Source: Sedimentisphaerales bacterium
GTDB lineage: Bacteria; Planctomycetota; Phycisphaerae; Sedimentisphaerales; SM23-30
DNA length: 64,000 bases
Direction: 5' to 3' (one strand)
Assembly: GCA_963666285.1 (NCBI GenBank)
Contig: OY762711.1
Part shown: positions 51,362-61,872 of the stretch, one piece after another
How the letters are laid out: each line of letters opens with the position of its first letter
Numbering within the stretch: position 1 is the first letter of the stretch
Translations under genes and position numbers: made by a program
Notes under the pieces: generated by a model
The model's input: only the letters and a program-made list of their open reading frames with translations
Told to the model about the DNA's origin: nothing
Database searches by the model: none

Positions 51362-53392
51362 TCAATAGCAGCTTGGATAAAATCCACAATCAAGCCATTG
51401 ACCTGCCAATATTGCTAAATCTTTAACATCGACAGTACAGTCGCCATTAAGGTCAACACCAGGCTGCTCCAGACAAAATTCTCCGTTTATCGATGAATAT
51501 TCTGCTGCAACATCTAATGATGATAATGGGTAATTATAATATTTAACTTCATCTATTGCACCTCTATAATAATTACCCCAGGAAGCTGCTGTCTTACCTA
51601 TTAGGAACTTATCAAACTCTTCACTTACTTCTGCTACTAAACCACCATCTGAAATCTGACTGTTTAGTTTTCCATCAATATATACGCTTCTGACATTAGA
51701 ATACATATCATATACACCTACAACATAATGCCAGCTGCCGTCACTCCAGCTTCCATAACCGGCTGCATCGTCATCGCCTTCAGTACCACGCAGAGTTAAC
51801 AGGAGCCTGTTTTCTCCACTATAACGACGCAACTGCCAACCTTGATTTGATTCTCCCATCCAGCTGACAAAGGTCTCCCAGCTATTACTTGAACTATCTT
51901 TTACCCAGCAGGCAACACTAAAGGCATCTCTTAGTTTTAGCATGTCAAAATTAAATACTTCAACGTAAGTGGACCCATCAAGCTCTAATGCTTCACCTTG
52001 AACTCCATCAACCCAAACTGGATTACCCGCTGAACCATCCGAACCGGCAATAACACCGCTCAGTGATGAATCATTTGCTTCAGCTGCACTTCCATTTAAA
52101 GGCCAGTATCCAAGAAGAGTTTTAATTCTCAAACCAATATTATCTGATACTGCGGTTCCGGCAATATTAGATGCCACACAATATATCTCAGACTTTGCGT
52201 GAAGTTCAGATATGGACTTAATCTGCAATGTATTTGATGCAGCTCCGGCATAGATATCATTATCTACTAACATTTCTTCGTCACCCGAAACACTACTGTT
52301 AGGATCAATATACCATTGATATGATGCTGCATTTGAAGCCTCTACTGTAAAGCTGGCCTCTTCACCCAATTCAGCAAAAACATAATCTGACTGCTTAGTC
52401 ATTATTGGAATTGCTAATTCGGTCGTAAATTTCCAAGATTCACTAATATAAGAACTGCTTTCTGACTCAAATGAAGTTACTCGCCAGTAATATTCTGTCT
52501 CATTATCCAAATCACTGCTCAACTGAACTGTTGTATCGGAATCAACAGTTAACACACCTATTGGAGTATCAACATTCGGATCGAGTCCATAGCAAAGCTC
52601 GTATTTCACCGGTTCAAATCCTTCTGGTTTCAACCATTCAAATGTAGGATTTACGGAAACTCCGGTTGAGCCACTTCTTGGAGATACTGCCTTAGCTGCC
52701 ATCGGATCAACACTCACAATCTGAATTCCGGCTATACAACCTGATAAATTATTCGACCGATCCTGGCTTTGGATCTGTATTTCTGAACCAGTTACGTTTT
52801 CCCACACTAAAGCATTCTGCCCAACTACCCAACCATCTAAATCAGGATTATTATCATAATAATCCTGGAATGGATAACAATATGCGCCGCTATTCTGCTT
52901 TATATCATTCACCCAAAAATCTCCCCAGGTAAAAGAAGTGTTTCCATCTTCAGATAAATATAGGATAACTTTATAATTAACAAAAGGAACGTTACTTATC
53001 GTTATATCAGTATCAATTGGCACTTCAACTCCATCATCATACCTTGAACCAATAGCTGGACCTGCAATATATGACCGTCCAAGCATCTGATCGGCACTGG
53101 AACCTGATACAGCGCAGCCCCATTGTCCTCCGGCCTCATACCGCAGAATCGTACCGCAAAGATCACCGGAATCATCAACTAATTCAATATCAGCCAACAT
53201 ATTATCTGGTGAAATTATATTATTCCAATTCCAGGCCTTATCGCCAACCAAACCAGCAATTCCATCTGGTGATATCAGGCCATCTGAATAAGCTGCTCTC
53301 TTAAAGTTAATTCCTATTGAGCCGGCTGTAGCTGTAGCAACAAATACAAAAGATACAAAGATTGCTGCAATTTTAGTTTTCACTCGACACAT
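51362..53392 (-). CDS. Secreted LamG/Ig-domain protein with C-terminal dockerin-like motif
   Basis: Signal peptide, YYWRV, ALELDG, WHYVVGVYD, DEVKYYN, DLNGDCTVDVKDL; GGAGG SD before ATG 53392. Confidence 0.8.
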   Translation of the reverse strand: MCRVKTKIAAIFVSFVFVATATAGSIGINFKRAAYSDGLISPDGIAGLVGDKAWNWNNIISPDNMLADIELVDDSGDLCGTILRYEAGGQWGCAVSGSSADQMLGRSYIAGPAIGSRYDDGVEVPIDTDITISNVPFVNYKVILYLSEDGNTSFTWGDFWVNDIKQNSGAYCYPFQDYYDNNPDLDGWVVGQNALVWENVTGSEIQIQSQDRSNNLSGCIAGIQIVSVDPMAAKAVSPRSGSTGVSVNPTFEWLKPEGFEPVKYELCYGLDPNVDTPIGVLTVDSDTTVQLSSDLDNETEYYWRVTSFESESSSYISESWKFTTELAIPIMTKQSDYVFAELGEEASFTVEASNAASYQWYIDPNSSVSGDEEMLVDNDIYAGAASNTLQIKSISELHAKSEIYCVASNIAGTAVSDNIGLRIKTLLGYWPLNGSAAEANDSSLSGVIAGSDGSAGNPVWVDGVQGEALELDGSTYVEVFNFDMLKLRDAFSVACWVKDSSSNSWETFVSWMGESNQGWQLRRYSGENRLLLTLRGTEGDDDAAGYGSWSDGSWHYVVGVYDMYSNVRSVYIDGKLNSQISDGGLVAEVSEEFDKFLIGKTAASWGNYYRGAIDEVKYYNYPLSSLDVAAEYSSINGEFCLEQPGVDLNGDCTVDVKDLAILAGQWLDCGFYPSCY

Positions 53393-53488
53393 TTTTACCT
53401 CCAAAAATAAATTAGTTTTATAACCGGTTTGCCCGGCAATTAATATAAATATCAAACAATAATTTTAGTAATAAATCACGGATGATCC

Positions 53489-54274
53489 TTACCAGTAATG
53501 ATATGGCATTTGATACCTGACAGTCATTTCACTATAATCACGCCAGGATACATGACCATCTACATACAGAATATTGCCTCCCTGAGGTTCATCACCCTTC
53601 ATATGGTTGGTTCTATCTAAATTCTGCCATAATGTCCAACCTCCGCCTTTAACACAATCAAAACCTTTTTTATACTCCTCGCTAATTGTAGCGTCTGTTA
53701 CTAATTCAACTGAGTCTGGAAATTTCACAATCATTTTGCGCAACCAGTGCTTTGGGGATTCTATTGTATTACCCTTTTCATCTTTTCTAAGTTTAATTGA
53801 CTCAACTCTTCCTTGATAAGTGTCAATCAACCAAAAATAACCGGTTACACGATGATTTAATAACTTATCAACTCCTTCCTCTGACAAATCTCGCGTTGAG
53901 GGAGCCATATGCGATGCTTCAAACTGCGTATACTGCCATCGATGTGACATTTCTGGTGTTTTTGTTTTATCTGATGGACAGTAAAACGTTTTCCGATCAC
54001 CACCTGTTTTTATTATATAATCCGCAGTACTGTAAGCAATATCCCAAAGCCATACCCCACGCATATTCATTGGGAGTTTATCATTGTTTGTCCCAGAATA
54101 CATATGTAAAGATAAACCGATCTGCCTTTGATTTGATGCACATAAAAGACGCCGCGCCCTTTCACGAGCCTGATTCAAAGACGGCATTAAAATACTAACT
54201 AGTAAAGCGATAATCGAAATCACAACCAGAAGTTCTATAAGCGTAAATGCACGCTTGTTTATATTTTTTACCAT
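53489..54274 (-). CDS. Prepilin-type N-methylation domain protein (DUF1559-like, H-X9-DG)
   Basis: [51 protein letters not shown]. Confidence 0.9.
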   Translation of the reverse strand: MVKNINKRAFTLIELLVVISIIALLVSILMPSLNQARERARRLLCASNQRQIGLSLHMYSGTNNDKLPMNMRGVWLWDIAYSTADYIIKTGGDRKTFYCPSDKTKTPEMSHRWQYTQFEASHMAPSTRDLSEEGVDKLLNHRVTGYFWLIDTYQGRVESIKLRKDEKGNTIESPKHWLRKMIVKFPDSVELVTDATISEEYKKGFDCVKGGGWTLWQNLDRTNHMKGDEPQGGNILYVDGHVSWRDYSEMTVRYQMPYHYW

Positions 54275-54397
54275 GATCACTCCTTATTTCAAAGTCAAAG
54301 TAATCCAAAACTTTAATTAAACTTTCACAAATTAATAATGCGGCAGCTGCTTATCCTGTAAAATCATTACAGAAAAACAGGTGGCTTAAATTCTAAT

Positions 54398-54475
54398 TTG
54401 ACACGTGTCAACGGTTGGCCAAAAAAAATATGTATCTACAAATATACTTATACAACATAAATTGCCACGTGTCAA
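54398..54475. promoter_or_regulatory. Pair of palindromic operator-like sites
   Basis: TTGACACGTGTCAA (54398-54411, perfect palindrome) and TTGCCACGTGTCAA (54462-54475). Confidence 0.7.
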
Positions 54476-54764
54476 ATTAATTCCATAATATTTTCCCATT
54501 AGATCAAAACAATACATAAGACTTAGATTCACGCACTTTCAAATAATTAGACTTGTTCTTTTTATTTTAAATCCGCCCTACCTTGCTCAATGATTATTAG
54601 CTATTGCAGTTCAACAATTTACGAATAGTCAATAATCCAGCGCCAACCACTTTTTTTCACCTTGTTAAAAATTGTTGCTAACTTATGTTGTCGCTCTAAC
54701 TCATTACTTAACTGTGATCAATAGTTAAAGAGCTATATTCAGAGCATGTCCAACATAATAAAAT

Positions 54765-55400
54765 TTAAAAGCCAAGATTTCGGAGTTTTTCTTCGGTGAT
54801 CCCGCCGGAAATTATGCCGTCGAGTCGTGCATTTATCATTTTTGCAACTATATCAGCTTCAAGATTTACCTGGTCACCACTCTTTCGTGAGCCAAGATTG
54901 GTATCATTTAAGGTAGTCGGAATCAGGCTGACATAAAACTGTTTACCAGTAATATCAACAATAGTAAGACTGATACCATCAATAGCAACCGACCCTTTAC
55001 GCAGCATATGCTTAAACATTTCTTTGGGCGGTTGAATATAAATCAGGCATTGGCCGCCCTGCTGTTCGATACGAGATATAGTACCAATACCATCTACATG
55101 GCCCTGCACAAAATGACCGCCAAATCGCCCGTTGGCAGCCATCGCCCGTTCGAGATTAAGCCTGTCCCCTACCTGAAGGTTTCCGATAGTGCTGACATTA
55201 AGCGTTTCAGCCATAACGTCAAAATCTGCAATTGAGCCATTTAAGGTTGATACAGTCAGGCATACACCATTAACTGCAATACTATCACCAATGTTTGTAC
55301 CTTCTGCCAGATCTACCAGGTCAATCGTAAACCTGCGGCCTACAGATGTACTGGTAACGGATTTGATAGTTGCTACTTTTTCTATGATACCGGTAAACAC
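54765..55400 (-). CDS. ribE: Riboflavin synthase (alpha chain)
   Basis: MFTGII, GDSIAVNGVCLT, GGHFVQGHVD, VNLEAD. Confidence 0.96.
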   Translation of the reverse strand: MFTGIIEKVATIKSVTSTSVGRRFTIDLVDLAEGTNIGDSIAVNGVCLTVSTLNGSIADFDVMAETLNVSTIGNLQVGDRLNLERAMAANGRFGGHFVQGHVDGIGTISRIEQQGGQCLIYIQPPKEMFKHMLRKGSVAIDGISLTIVDITGKQFYVSLIPTTLNDTNLGSRKSGDQVNLEADIVAKMINARLDGIISGGITEEKLRNLGF

Positions 55401-55452
55401 AAATTACCTCAAAGCATGATGTTTTAATTTATTACTTATAGCCAAAGTGCGG

Positions 55453-56667
55453 CTATTTTATTTTATATGACATTAAAAAGTCACCATGGCGAACGTATAA
55501 TGAGCCATTTGAAACTACAGGATGAGCCCAATGTTCTTTTTCGCCTTTGGTGATAGAAAACATGCCATATTTTGTAAAATTCTTACCGTCAAATTTTACC
55601 AATGCTACCCTGGAAGATTCTCCATAACAAAACAGTTTACCGTCTGCCAGAATCAATGCTCCTTTGTCAACATACGGTTCACTGGAACCGACAACATTAC
55701 CGGTTTTCAGTTCGATTGCATAGAGATTTCCCTTTTCACCAATACCGTAAATAAGACCATCTTTATACGAAAGACCACCAAAATGGCAGCTGAGTTTTTT
55801 TTCATGCCAAAGTTCCTCAACCCCAGTTGCATCAGAGTTGATCCTGAAAGCTTTACCGCCCAGCTTGTACCCATTAGAGATATAAAATATACCATTATCA
55901 TAAATAGGTGTATTGGCATTGATGTCATATGCTACCTTGTGAGGAGTTTGCCACATAAGTTTTCCATTTATTGCATCAATTCCAACTATCATTTTATCTA
56001 AAGCAGTAATAAGTATCTTTTTACCGTGGTAATCGACAAGTAATGGTGAACAGTATGCGCTTTTAGCATCAAGGTTAGTTTTCCAGATAATACTGCCGTT
56101 ATTTTTGTTTACTGCTATTACTGCGGCATCTTTGGCTCCCGGAGTAGCGTAAACCACATCACCGTCAACTAAAACACTTTCTGCTATACCCCAAGTAATA
56201 TTTCTTGCACCTAATGTATTTTGAGTGTCAAGCTGCCATACCACATCACCATTTTGAGCGTTAAAGCAAAGCAGCCTGCCTGTCGAACTGAATAAATACA
56301 GTTTACCGCTATCAAAGGCAGGAGTTGTTCTGGCCCCAGGAAAATTCTTCCACCAGACCGGACCATACTGCTTTTGCCACAAAACTTTGCCGGTATTTCG
56401 ATTTATTGCCGTCAAAAAACCGTTCTTATCCTTCATGCCTGTGATATAAATAATACCATCCACTTCTATCGGCGAAGAATATCCAATTCCAATATCATTT
56501 ACAGACCAGTTTTCAGTTGGCCCCTGATCGGGCCAGCTATTCAGCAGATTTGACTCATGACCAATGCCGTCACGATTTATTCCTCTCCATTGAGGGTAAT
56601 CATCTGCTGAGACATATACTGAGGCAGCTGTTATTACAGCAAACAGGAAACAAAATCTAATTTTCAT
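55453..56667 (-). CDS. Secreted PQQ-like beta-propeller repeat protein
   Basis: DYPQWRG, YSSP, TGKVLW, WAHPVV. Confidence 0.85.
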   Translation of the reverse strand: MKIRFCFLFAVITAASVYVSADDYPQWRGINRDGIGHESNLLNSWPDQGPTENWSVNDIGIGYSSPIEVDGIIYITGMKDKNGFLTAINRNTGKVLWQKQYGPVWWKNFPGARTTPAFDSGKLYLFSSTGRLLCFNAQNGDVVWQLDTQNTLGARNITWGIAESVLVDGDVVYATPGAKDAAVIAVNKNNGSIIWKTNLDAKSAYCSPLLVDYHGKKILITALDKMIVGIDAINGKLMWQTPHKVAYDINANTPIYDNGIFYISNGYKLGGKAFRINSDATGVEELWHEKKLSCHFGGLSYKDGLIYGIGEKGNLYAIELKTGNVVGSSEPYVDKGALILADGKLFCYGESSRVALVKFDGKNFTKYGMFSITKGEKEHWAHPVVSNGSLYVRHGDFLMSYKIK

Positions 56668-56771
56668 AAAGCAGGCTCCAAATAATCATTAACTGGTTAT
56701 TTCACAATTAGAACTGATGATATATGTAGTAGTAATTATTGTCAAGAACAGACATTTCGGACACAGTCCAT

Positions 56772-56807
56772 AAAAAAACCTGCTTTCCATATTATAGAAA
56801 GCAGGTT
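56772..56807 (-). terminator. Rho-independent terminator after tRNA-Phe
   Basis: Minus strand AACCTGCTTTC...GAAAGCAGGTTTTTTT. Confidence 0.8.
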
Positions 56808-56810
56808 GAA

Positions 56811-56883
56811 TGGGCAGAACTGGACTTGAACCAGCGACACAGGGATTTTCAATCCCCCGCTCTACCAACTGAGCTATCCGCCC
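56811..56883 (-). tRNA. tRNA-Phe(GAA)
   Basis: GGGCGGA/TCTGCCC acceptor, anticodon loop TTGAAAA, T arm GCTGG-TTCAAGT-CCAGT. Confidence 0.97.
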
Positions 56884-57140
56884 GTTAATTTCACAGTGAA
56901 TATGTACTTTATCAACTGAGCTAAGCATTTTACTATAAAATATATCGGGTTGCAAGAGGAAAAAACATAAAAATACGTAAATATAACGCTTTATAATAAA
57001 AATAGTTAAAAAAATATGATTAAATAATGCCCCAAATACTCTACTTTAGACAAACACATGTTTTACGCTTCACAGATAAAAGATTTTTGTTATAATTTTG
57101 TAAAATATTAGCGTAATTACATGATATGGAGCGTTGTTAT

Positions 57141-57659
57141 ATGAGTTCAAAAGACATTGAAGTACTGGTAATAATGGGGTCGGATAGTGACCTGGCGACT
57201 ATGGATAAATGTCTGGATGTATTAAAGGAATTCGGGATCGGTTTTGAGTGCCGAATTTCCAGTGCCCATCGCACTCCGGACGAAACCATGAAACTGGTTA
57301 CATCGGCAAGAAATCGCGGAATCAAAGTAATAATTGCAGCTGCAGGCATGGCCGCCCATCTGGCGGGAGTATCGGCAGCTCATACCACATTGCCTGTCAT
57401 TGGCGTTCCGATGGTCTCAGGCAGCATGCAGGGTTTAGATGCCCTGCTTTCAACAGTCCAGATGCCGCCGGGGATTCCAGTTGCCACAGTTGGTACCGGA
57501 AGTGCCGGAGCAAAAAATGCTGCTTTGCTGGCTATTCAGATCATGGGAGTCACAAACCTTGAACTTGCTGATCAAATGGCTGAATACAAAAAAGATATGG
57601 CCGAAGCAGTAAAGAAAAAGGATAAAATGCTGCAGGAAAAGCTGAACGAAACAAATTAG
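57141..57659 (+). CDS. purE: N5-CAIR mutase
   Basis: MGSDSD, SAHRTP, AAHLAG, STVQMPPG. Confidence 0.96.
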   Translation: MSSKDIEVLVIMGSDSDLATMDKCLDVLKEFGIGFECRISSAHRTPDETMKLVTSARNRGIKVIIAAAGMAAHLAGVSAAHTTLPVIGVPMVSGSMQGLDALLSTVQMPPGIPVATVGTGSAGAKNAALLAIQIMGVTNLELADQMAEYKKDMAEAVKKKDKMLQEKLNETN

Positions 57660-57747
57660 CAGCTTTCAGTTAAGCCAAATCCTAAATATATATCAAAGCA
57701 CCCTCAAAAAAAAATTTTTAAGCAATTTATAGAGCGGGTCTAAAATA

Positions 57748-58668
57748 TTAGCCGCGATTGGACGCACGTTCGATCTCGGTTATCATTTTGCCCTGCCGCC
57801 AGACGCGTACAGTACCGGTAGATTCGCTGATAGTAACAACAATACTATGAGTTACAGTGGTAATCGCTGCTGCTGACGCATGCCTGGCACCAAGCCCTCG
57901 CGGCAATTCTTCACCAATTACTCCTGGCAGCAAATATGTGCCGGCAGCTACTATCGTGCCGGTACCCTTTATTATAAAAGCTCCATCTATAGCAGAAAAC
58001 TCTTTTACCGTCTCTATCATTTCGTCGTCAAGGATATTGCACTGATCCTCTGGGTATCCTTTGAAGGGGTTCAAAACCATCTGACGGGAATTTTCCAAAA
58101 CCTTTGTAGTATCACCCAATACAAATATTGAACCGATAGGCTTGCCTTCCCGTCCTTCCATGGCCAGCTGCAAAGCTAAAGAAAAGACTCTCTCAAATAC
58201 AGCCCTGCGTATATGTTCTGTTATTGGAGGCTGATCAACCGACTGAAATATCTCGTATTCTCTGCCTACCTCAAGGATCATAAGAGTATCCAGCTCACCG
58301 GAAGTAAGGCCGGTAAGAAATACAAATCTGTCACCAGGTTCAAGCAGCCTTTTGGAAAAACTCAACATAACCGAAAGCTTAATCTGGCCCATTCTTGTTA
58401 GGGAGACTTCAGGCAAAACCACTACATCTTTAGAATATTTATGAGCCAGTTTCTGCAATTTCTTATCACGAACTATCAGGATTACCCGGTTCAATGACTT
58501 AAAATCAACCTGATCCAATACTGCAGGGTCCTCAAGGCCATCAACATAAAGCAATAAAGCCTGTATCTGACCGCCGGCTAATATTGCCTTACCGGCTTCC
58601 AGCATAACCTTAGCAGTATGAAACTCACTTGTGTCTGCAGAATAATTTGTATTTTTATGCTCTGCCAT
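57748..58668 (-). CDS. Diadenylate cyclase (DisA_N/DAC domain, soluble, with N-terminal domain)
   Basis: GREGKPIG, IDGAF, GLGARH, SES motifs. Confidence 0.85.
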   Translation of the reverse strand: MAEHKNTNYSADTSEFHTAKVMLEAGKAILAGGQIQALLLYVDGLEDPAVLDQVDFKSLNRVILIVRDKKLQKLAHKYSKDVVVLPEVSLTRMGQIKLSVMLSFSKRLLEPGDRFVFLTGLTSGELDTLMILEVGREYEIFQSVDQPPITEHIRRAVFERVFSLALQLAMEGREGKPIGSIFVLGDTTKVLENSRQMVLNPFKGYPEDQCNILDDEMIETVKEFSAIDGAFIIKGTGTIVAAGTYLLPGVIGEELPRGLGARHASAAAITTVTHSIVVTISESTGTVRVWRQGKMITEIERASNRG

Positions 58669-59440
58669 AATCTTTCATTAAATATTTTCGGCAATTATCA
58701 GTTGTAACCTGAGCAACTATTTGCAATTCAATTTGTTTTAACTCAGCAATTTTTGCTGCTGTATGTACTACCAGTGCCGGCTCATTAGGTTTCACCGATC
58801 GTTTAGGTTCCGGACTCAAATAAGGAGAATCAGTCTCTACCATTATCCTGTCAAGCGGAGCAAAAACTGCCGAGGCCTGGATTTCAGGAGCTTTTTTGAA
58901 AGTTACAGTACCGGCAAAACTTATCAGACAGCCAAGATCCAGTACTTTACGAGTAATATCAGGGTCTCCGCTGTAGCAATGAAAGATAACTGAGTCAGGT
59001 TTCGGCGAAAATTCATTCAAAATTCCCAGGCAGTCATCAAAAGCATCTCGACAGTGAATTATAACTGGTAATGAATGCTTCTGTGCAAATGCCAGCTGAG
59101 CCTGGAAAATGTCTTTCTGCTGCTGTCTGGGCGAATGATCATAATAGTAGTCCAGGCCGGTTTCACCAATGGCTAAAACATAATCATTACTGATAAATTC
59201 ACTGTATCTTTCTATATCATTAACAGTAAAATTTTCTGCTTCATGCGGATGTATTCCAACTGCTGCATATAAATTATCGTATTTGCCAGCCAGTTGAACC
59301 GCGGCACAACTATCATTATAATCTGTACCTACGGTAATTATTCGCTTAACACCAACATCAGCGGCACGAGCAATTACCTGGTCAACCCGGCCGGCGAAGT
59401 TATCGTATGTTAAATGCGAATGAGTATCTATAAATTCCAT
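58655..59440 (-). CDS. tatD: TatD family DNase
   Basis: DTHSH, GIHPH, IGETGLDY, HCR, ETDSPYL. Confidence 0.94.
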   Translation of the reverse strand: MEFIDTHSHLTYDNFAGRVDQVIARAADVGVKRIITVGTDYNDSCAAVQLAGKYDNLYAAVGIHPHEAENFTVNDIERYSEFISNDYVLAIGETGLDYYYDHSPRQQQKDIFQAQLAFAQKHSLPVIIHCRDAFDDCLGILNEFSPKPDSVIFHCYSGDPDITRKVLDLGCLISFAGTVTFKKAPEIQASAVFAPLDRIMVETDSPYLSPEPKRSVKPNEPALVVHTAAKIAELKQIELQIVAQVTTDNCRKYLMKDYGRA

Positions 59441-59512
59441 TCTATAATGCCTTATATTTCTACTATTCTGTTTCTCTTAGTGCGGCTTATGCTACGTGCC
59501 ATATGCATGTCA

Positions 59513-59680
59513 CACTTTTTACTGTTCAACATTACACGTAAAAGCCGAACTGGGCCAATTAAGTGAAAAACGAATAGTGAAAAATGAAAATTTAAGGTGT
59601 TCGACTATCGTCTCACGTTTTGTTTAATATTAAAGCGTTGCAGGAAGGCCCTTTAGGCGATTCTACAACTCAAAAACTGC
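59513..59680. repeat. Dispersed bipartite intergenic repeat, copy 2
   Basis: Matches both blocks of 33797-33957. Confidence 0.8.
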
Positions 59681-59738
59681 TATAGTAAACTCTTACAAAC
59701 ATGAAATTATAGCGACTGATAATCTAAAAGTATATCAT

Positions 59739-59764
59739 AAAAAAACCCGGCTACCAGGCCGGGC
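59739..59764 (-). terminator. Rho-independent terminator after the HDOD gene
   Basis: Minus strand CCCGGC-CTGGTA-GCCGGG-TTTTTTT. Confidence 0.8.
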
Positions 59765-59793
59765 TTATGAATATTATTATATGAATATAAGTT

Positions 59794-60648
59794 TTACTCA
59801 ATGAGTGTCCTTACTACTTCCAACTCAGCCTCAACATTTTCAAAAACATCATCGAGAGCACTCTCTGACAATTTAATCTCTTCCAGTATTGACTGATCCA
59901 AAGGAGGATATTCCTGCTGGATTTTTACGATACCAAGACCTTTTTGTGTACAAACATGATCAGCAACGTAAGTAACACATGCCAATAGCCTGTTTTCCTG
60001 CGCTAATTCAGTAGGATTATGGTGATACCCGGTAACAAACTGGAACGACCTTGGGAATTTCCATTTAGCGGCCAAAAGCGCCCCTATCTCCTGATGATTT
60101 GCTCCAAGAACTTTTTCTTCTGCAGTAAGGATATCAAGTCCGCCTGCACGCATTGCCTCTACAATTTTAGGTATCTCCTGGCTGCAGCATTGCAACTCGG
60201 CAACGATACCAATATCATGAATCAAACCAGCCAGAAAAGCTTCATCTGGTAATGCAAGTCCAATTGCCTGGGTAATCAATTTATTGGCTGCCCCCACAGC
60301 GACACTATGAGTCCATAAGTCTTTACCTGTCAAATCGTCATGAGTAGCACCACTGCGGAACATCTTGCTCAGAGAAGCAGCAATGGCAATATTTTTTACT
60401 GCATTCAGCCCCAAAAGCATAATCGCCCTGTCTATACTGCCGATTTGGCCGGGTAACCCATAAAAAGCCGAATTAACAACACGCAATACTCTCGAAGATA
60501 ATGCCGGGTCATTTTTAACAATCTCATGAAGATCATGCGCTGTACTGCGCGGGTCCTGGACCACTTCGATAATCTTCATAGTCACTTCCGGCAAGGTTGC
60601 AATTTCAATTGTATTGTTTGCAATTTTTAGTGCCGCAGTTTCGCTCAT
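59794..60648 (-). CDS. HDOD domain protein
   Basis: DPALSSRVLRVVNSAFY, WTHS, AGLIHDIG, HH. Confidence 0.92.
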   Translation of the reverse strand: MSETAALKIANNTIEIATLPEVTMKIIEVVQDPRSTAHDLHEIVKNDPALSSRVLRVVNSAFYGLPGQIGSIDRAIMLLGLNAVKNIAIAASLSKMFRSGATHDDLTGKDLWTHSVAVGAANKLITQAIGLALPDEAFLAGLIHDIGIVAELQCCSQEIPKIVEAMRAGGLDILTAEEKVLGANHQEIGALLAAKWKFPRSFQFVTGYHHNPTELAQENRLLACVTYVADHVCTQKGLGIVKIQQEYPPLDQSILEEIKLSESALDDVFENVEAELEVVRTLIE

Positions 60649-60714
60649 TAGTTACATCCTTTGCAGTTAACTGTGCGGATTTTGAGCCGCCACAATATAA
60701 CGGATGCTCAAAAT

Positions 60715-61872
60715 CTAGTACGAAATAGTTTTCAGCCTTAACTTGTCATCAAGCTTAACATCAGCCAGAACAGAAGCAATCCTCTGACTGCTGCGACCGT
60801 CGCCGTATATATTATCGGGCTTGGTCTGCTTTTCAGAACAGGCTCGTTTAAGCATTTTATTCACGGCATTGTCAATGGCAGCCGGATCATTGTCACAATG
60901 TATCACTTTGCGACTTCGTTCACGCCCTGCCTGACGCATGCCAACATCAACTACATCGACATTTAGACAGCTCGCCTCAACTATTCCTCCCGAACTATTT
61001 CCCACCAGCCCTTGACTACGGACAAGCAAACCGAGGTAAATATCTCTGGGAAGGTGCCTTACAACGGAAAAATCATCTCTATCTTGTATATTCTCAATTG
61101 CTGAGATTATACCGGTGTGCCCGGTATCGCAATTCGGATATAACACTAGCTTATGCAATGACTTACTACCACAAACCGAAAGAATATCTTCCATTCTTTT
61201 TTGCTCAACAGCAGCAGAAGCACCGGATGAATGAAACAGAATTATGATGAATTCCCTGGTTAGATCAAAATCTACGAATGCATTTAACTTTTTTTTACAC
61301 TTACAAATATTTTTAAAAATTCCATCAATTGAAGGAGACCCGGTCCGATAAATGCGAAATATATCTTCTCCCAACCGCTCAATACGCCGTGCTGACTGAT
61401 CTGACGCTGCAAAATGAATATGTGATAACTTGGTCATAGCGTGACGATAGCAGTCATCATTTATCCCGGTAGCCCGGTCTCCGCCATGGATATGAGCAAT
61501 AATTTTTTCACATGCGGCTGCCGCGGCAGTTGCGGCAAACTGCTCCAGCCGGTCACCAAGAACAAGGACTATATCAGATTGATTATTTATATAAATCTCG
61601 CTGAACTTAGTAATTGCCTTACCCATACCCATCGCATGAGCAAGAATATCGTCCTTTTCTGACTGGAGCCTGACTTTCCCAACTATAGGCCAATTATCAG
61701 ACTCAACCTCTTTATATGTATAACCAAACTTTTTCAGCAGATGCTGACCGGTTATCAATACCTGCAAATTTAGCCGCCTATGAACTGAAACAGCTTTGAT
61801 CACCGGCTTTAATATACCATATTCAGCTCTGGTGCCGGTAACAATAGTAATATTTCTTTTTTTATTGGCCAT
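60715..61872 (-). CDS. neuC: UDP-N-acetylglucosamine 2-epimerase (hydrolysing, NeuC-like)
   Basis: TGTRAEYG, LGDRLE, HIHGGD, GNSSGG, RQAGR, YGDG. Confidence 0.85.
   Translation of the reverse strand: MANKKRNITIVTGTRAEYGILKPVIKAVSVHRRLNLQVLITGQHLLKKFGYTYKEVESDNWPIVGKVRLQSEKDDILAHAMGMGKAITKFSEIYINNQSDIVLVLGDRLEQFAATAAAAACEKIIAHIHGGDRATGINDDCYRHAMTKLSHIHFAASDQSARRIERLGEDIFRIYRTGSPSIDGIFKNICKCKKKLNAFVDFDLTREFIIILFHSSGASAAVEQKRMEDILSVCGSKSLHKLVLYPNCDTGHTGIISAIENIQDRDDFSVVRHLPRDIYLGLLVRSQGLVGNSSGGIVEASCLNVDVVDVGMRQAGRERSRKVIHCDNDPAAIDNAVNKMLKRACSEKQTKPDNIYGDGRSSQRIASVLADVKLDDKLRLKTISY

Noticed and set aside
56689..56955. 88-aa minus-strand ORF
   Set aside because: Overlaps tRNA-Phe and its terminator.
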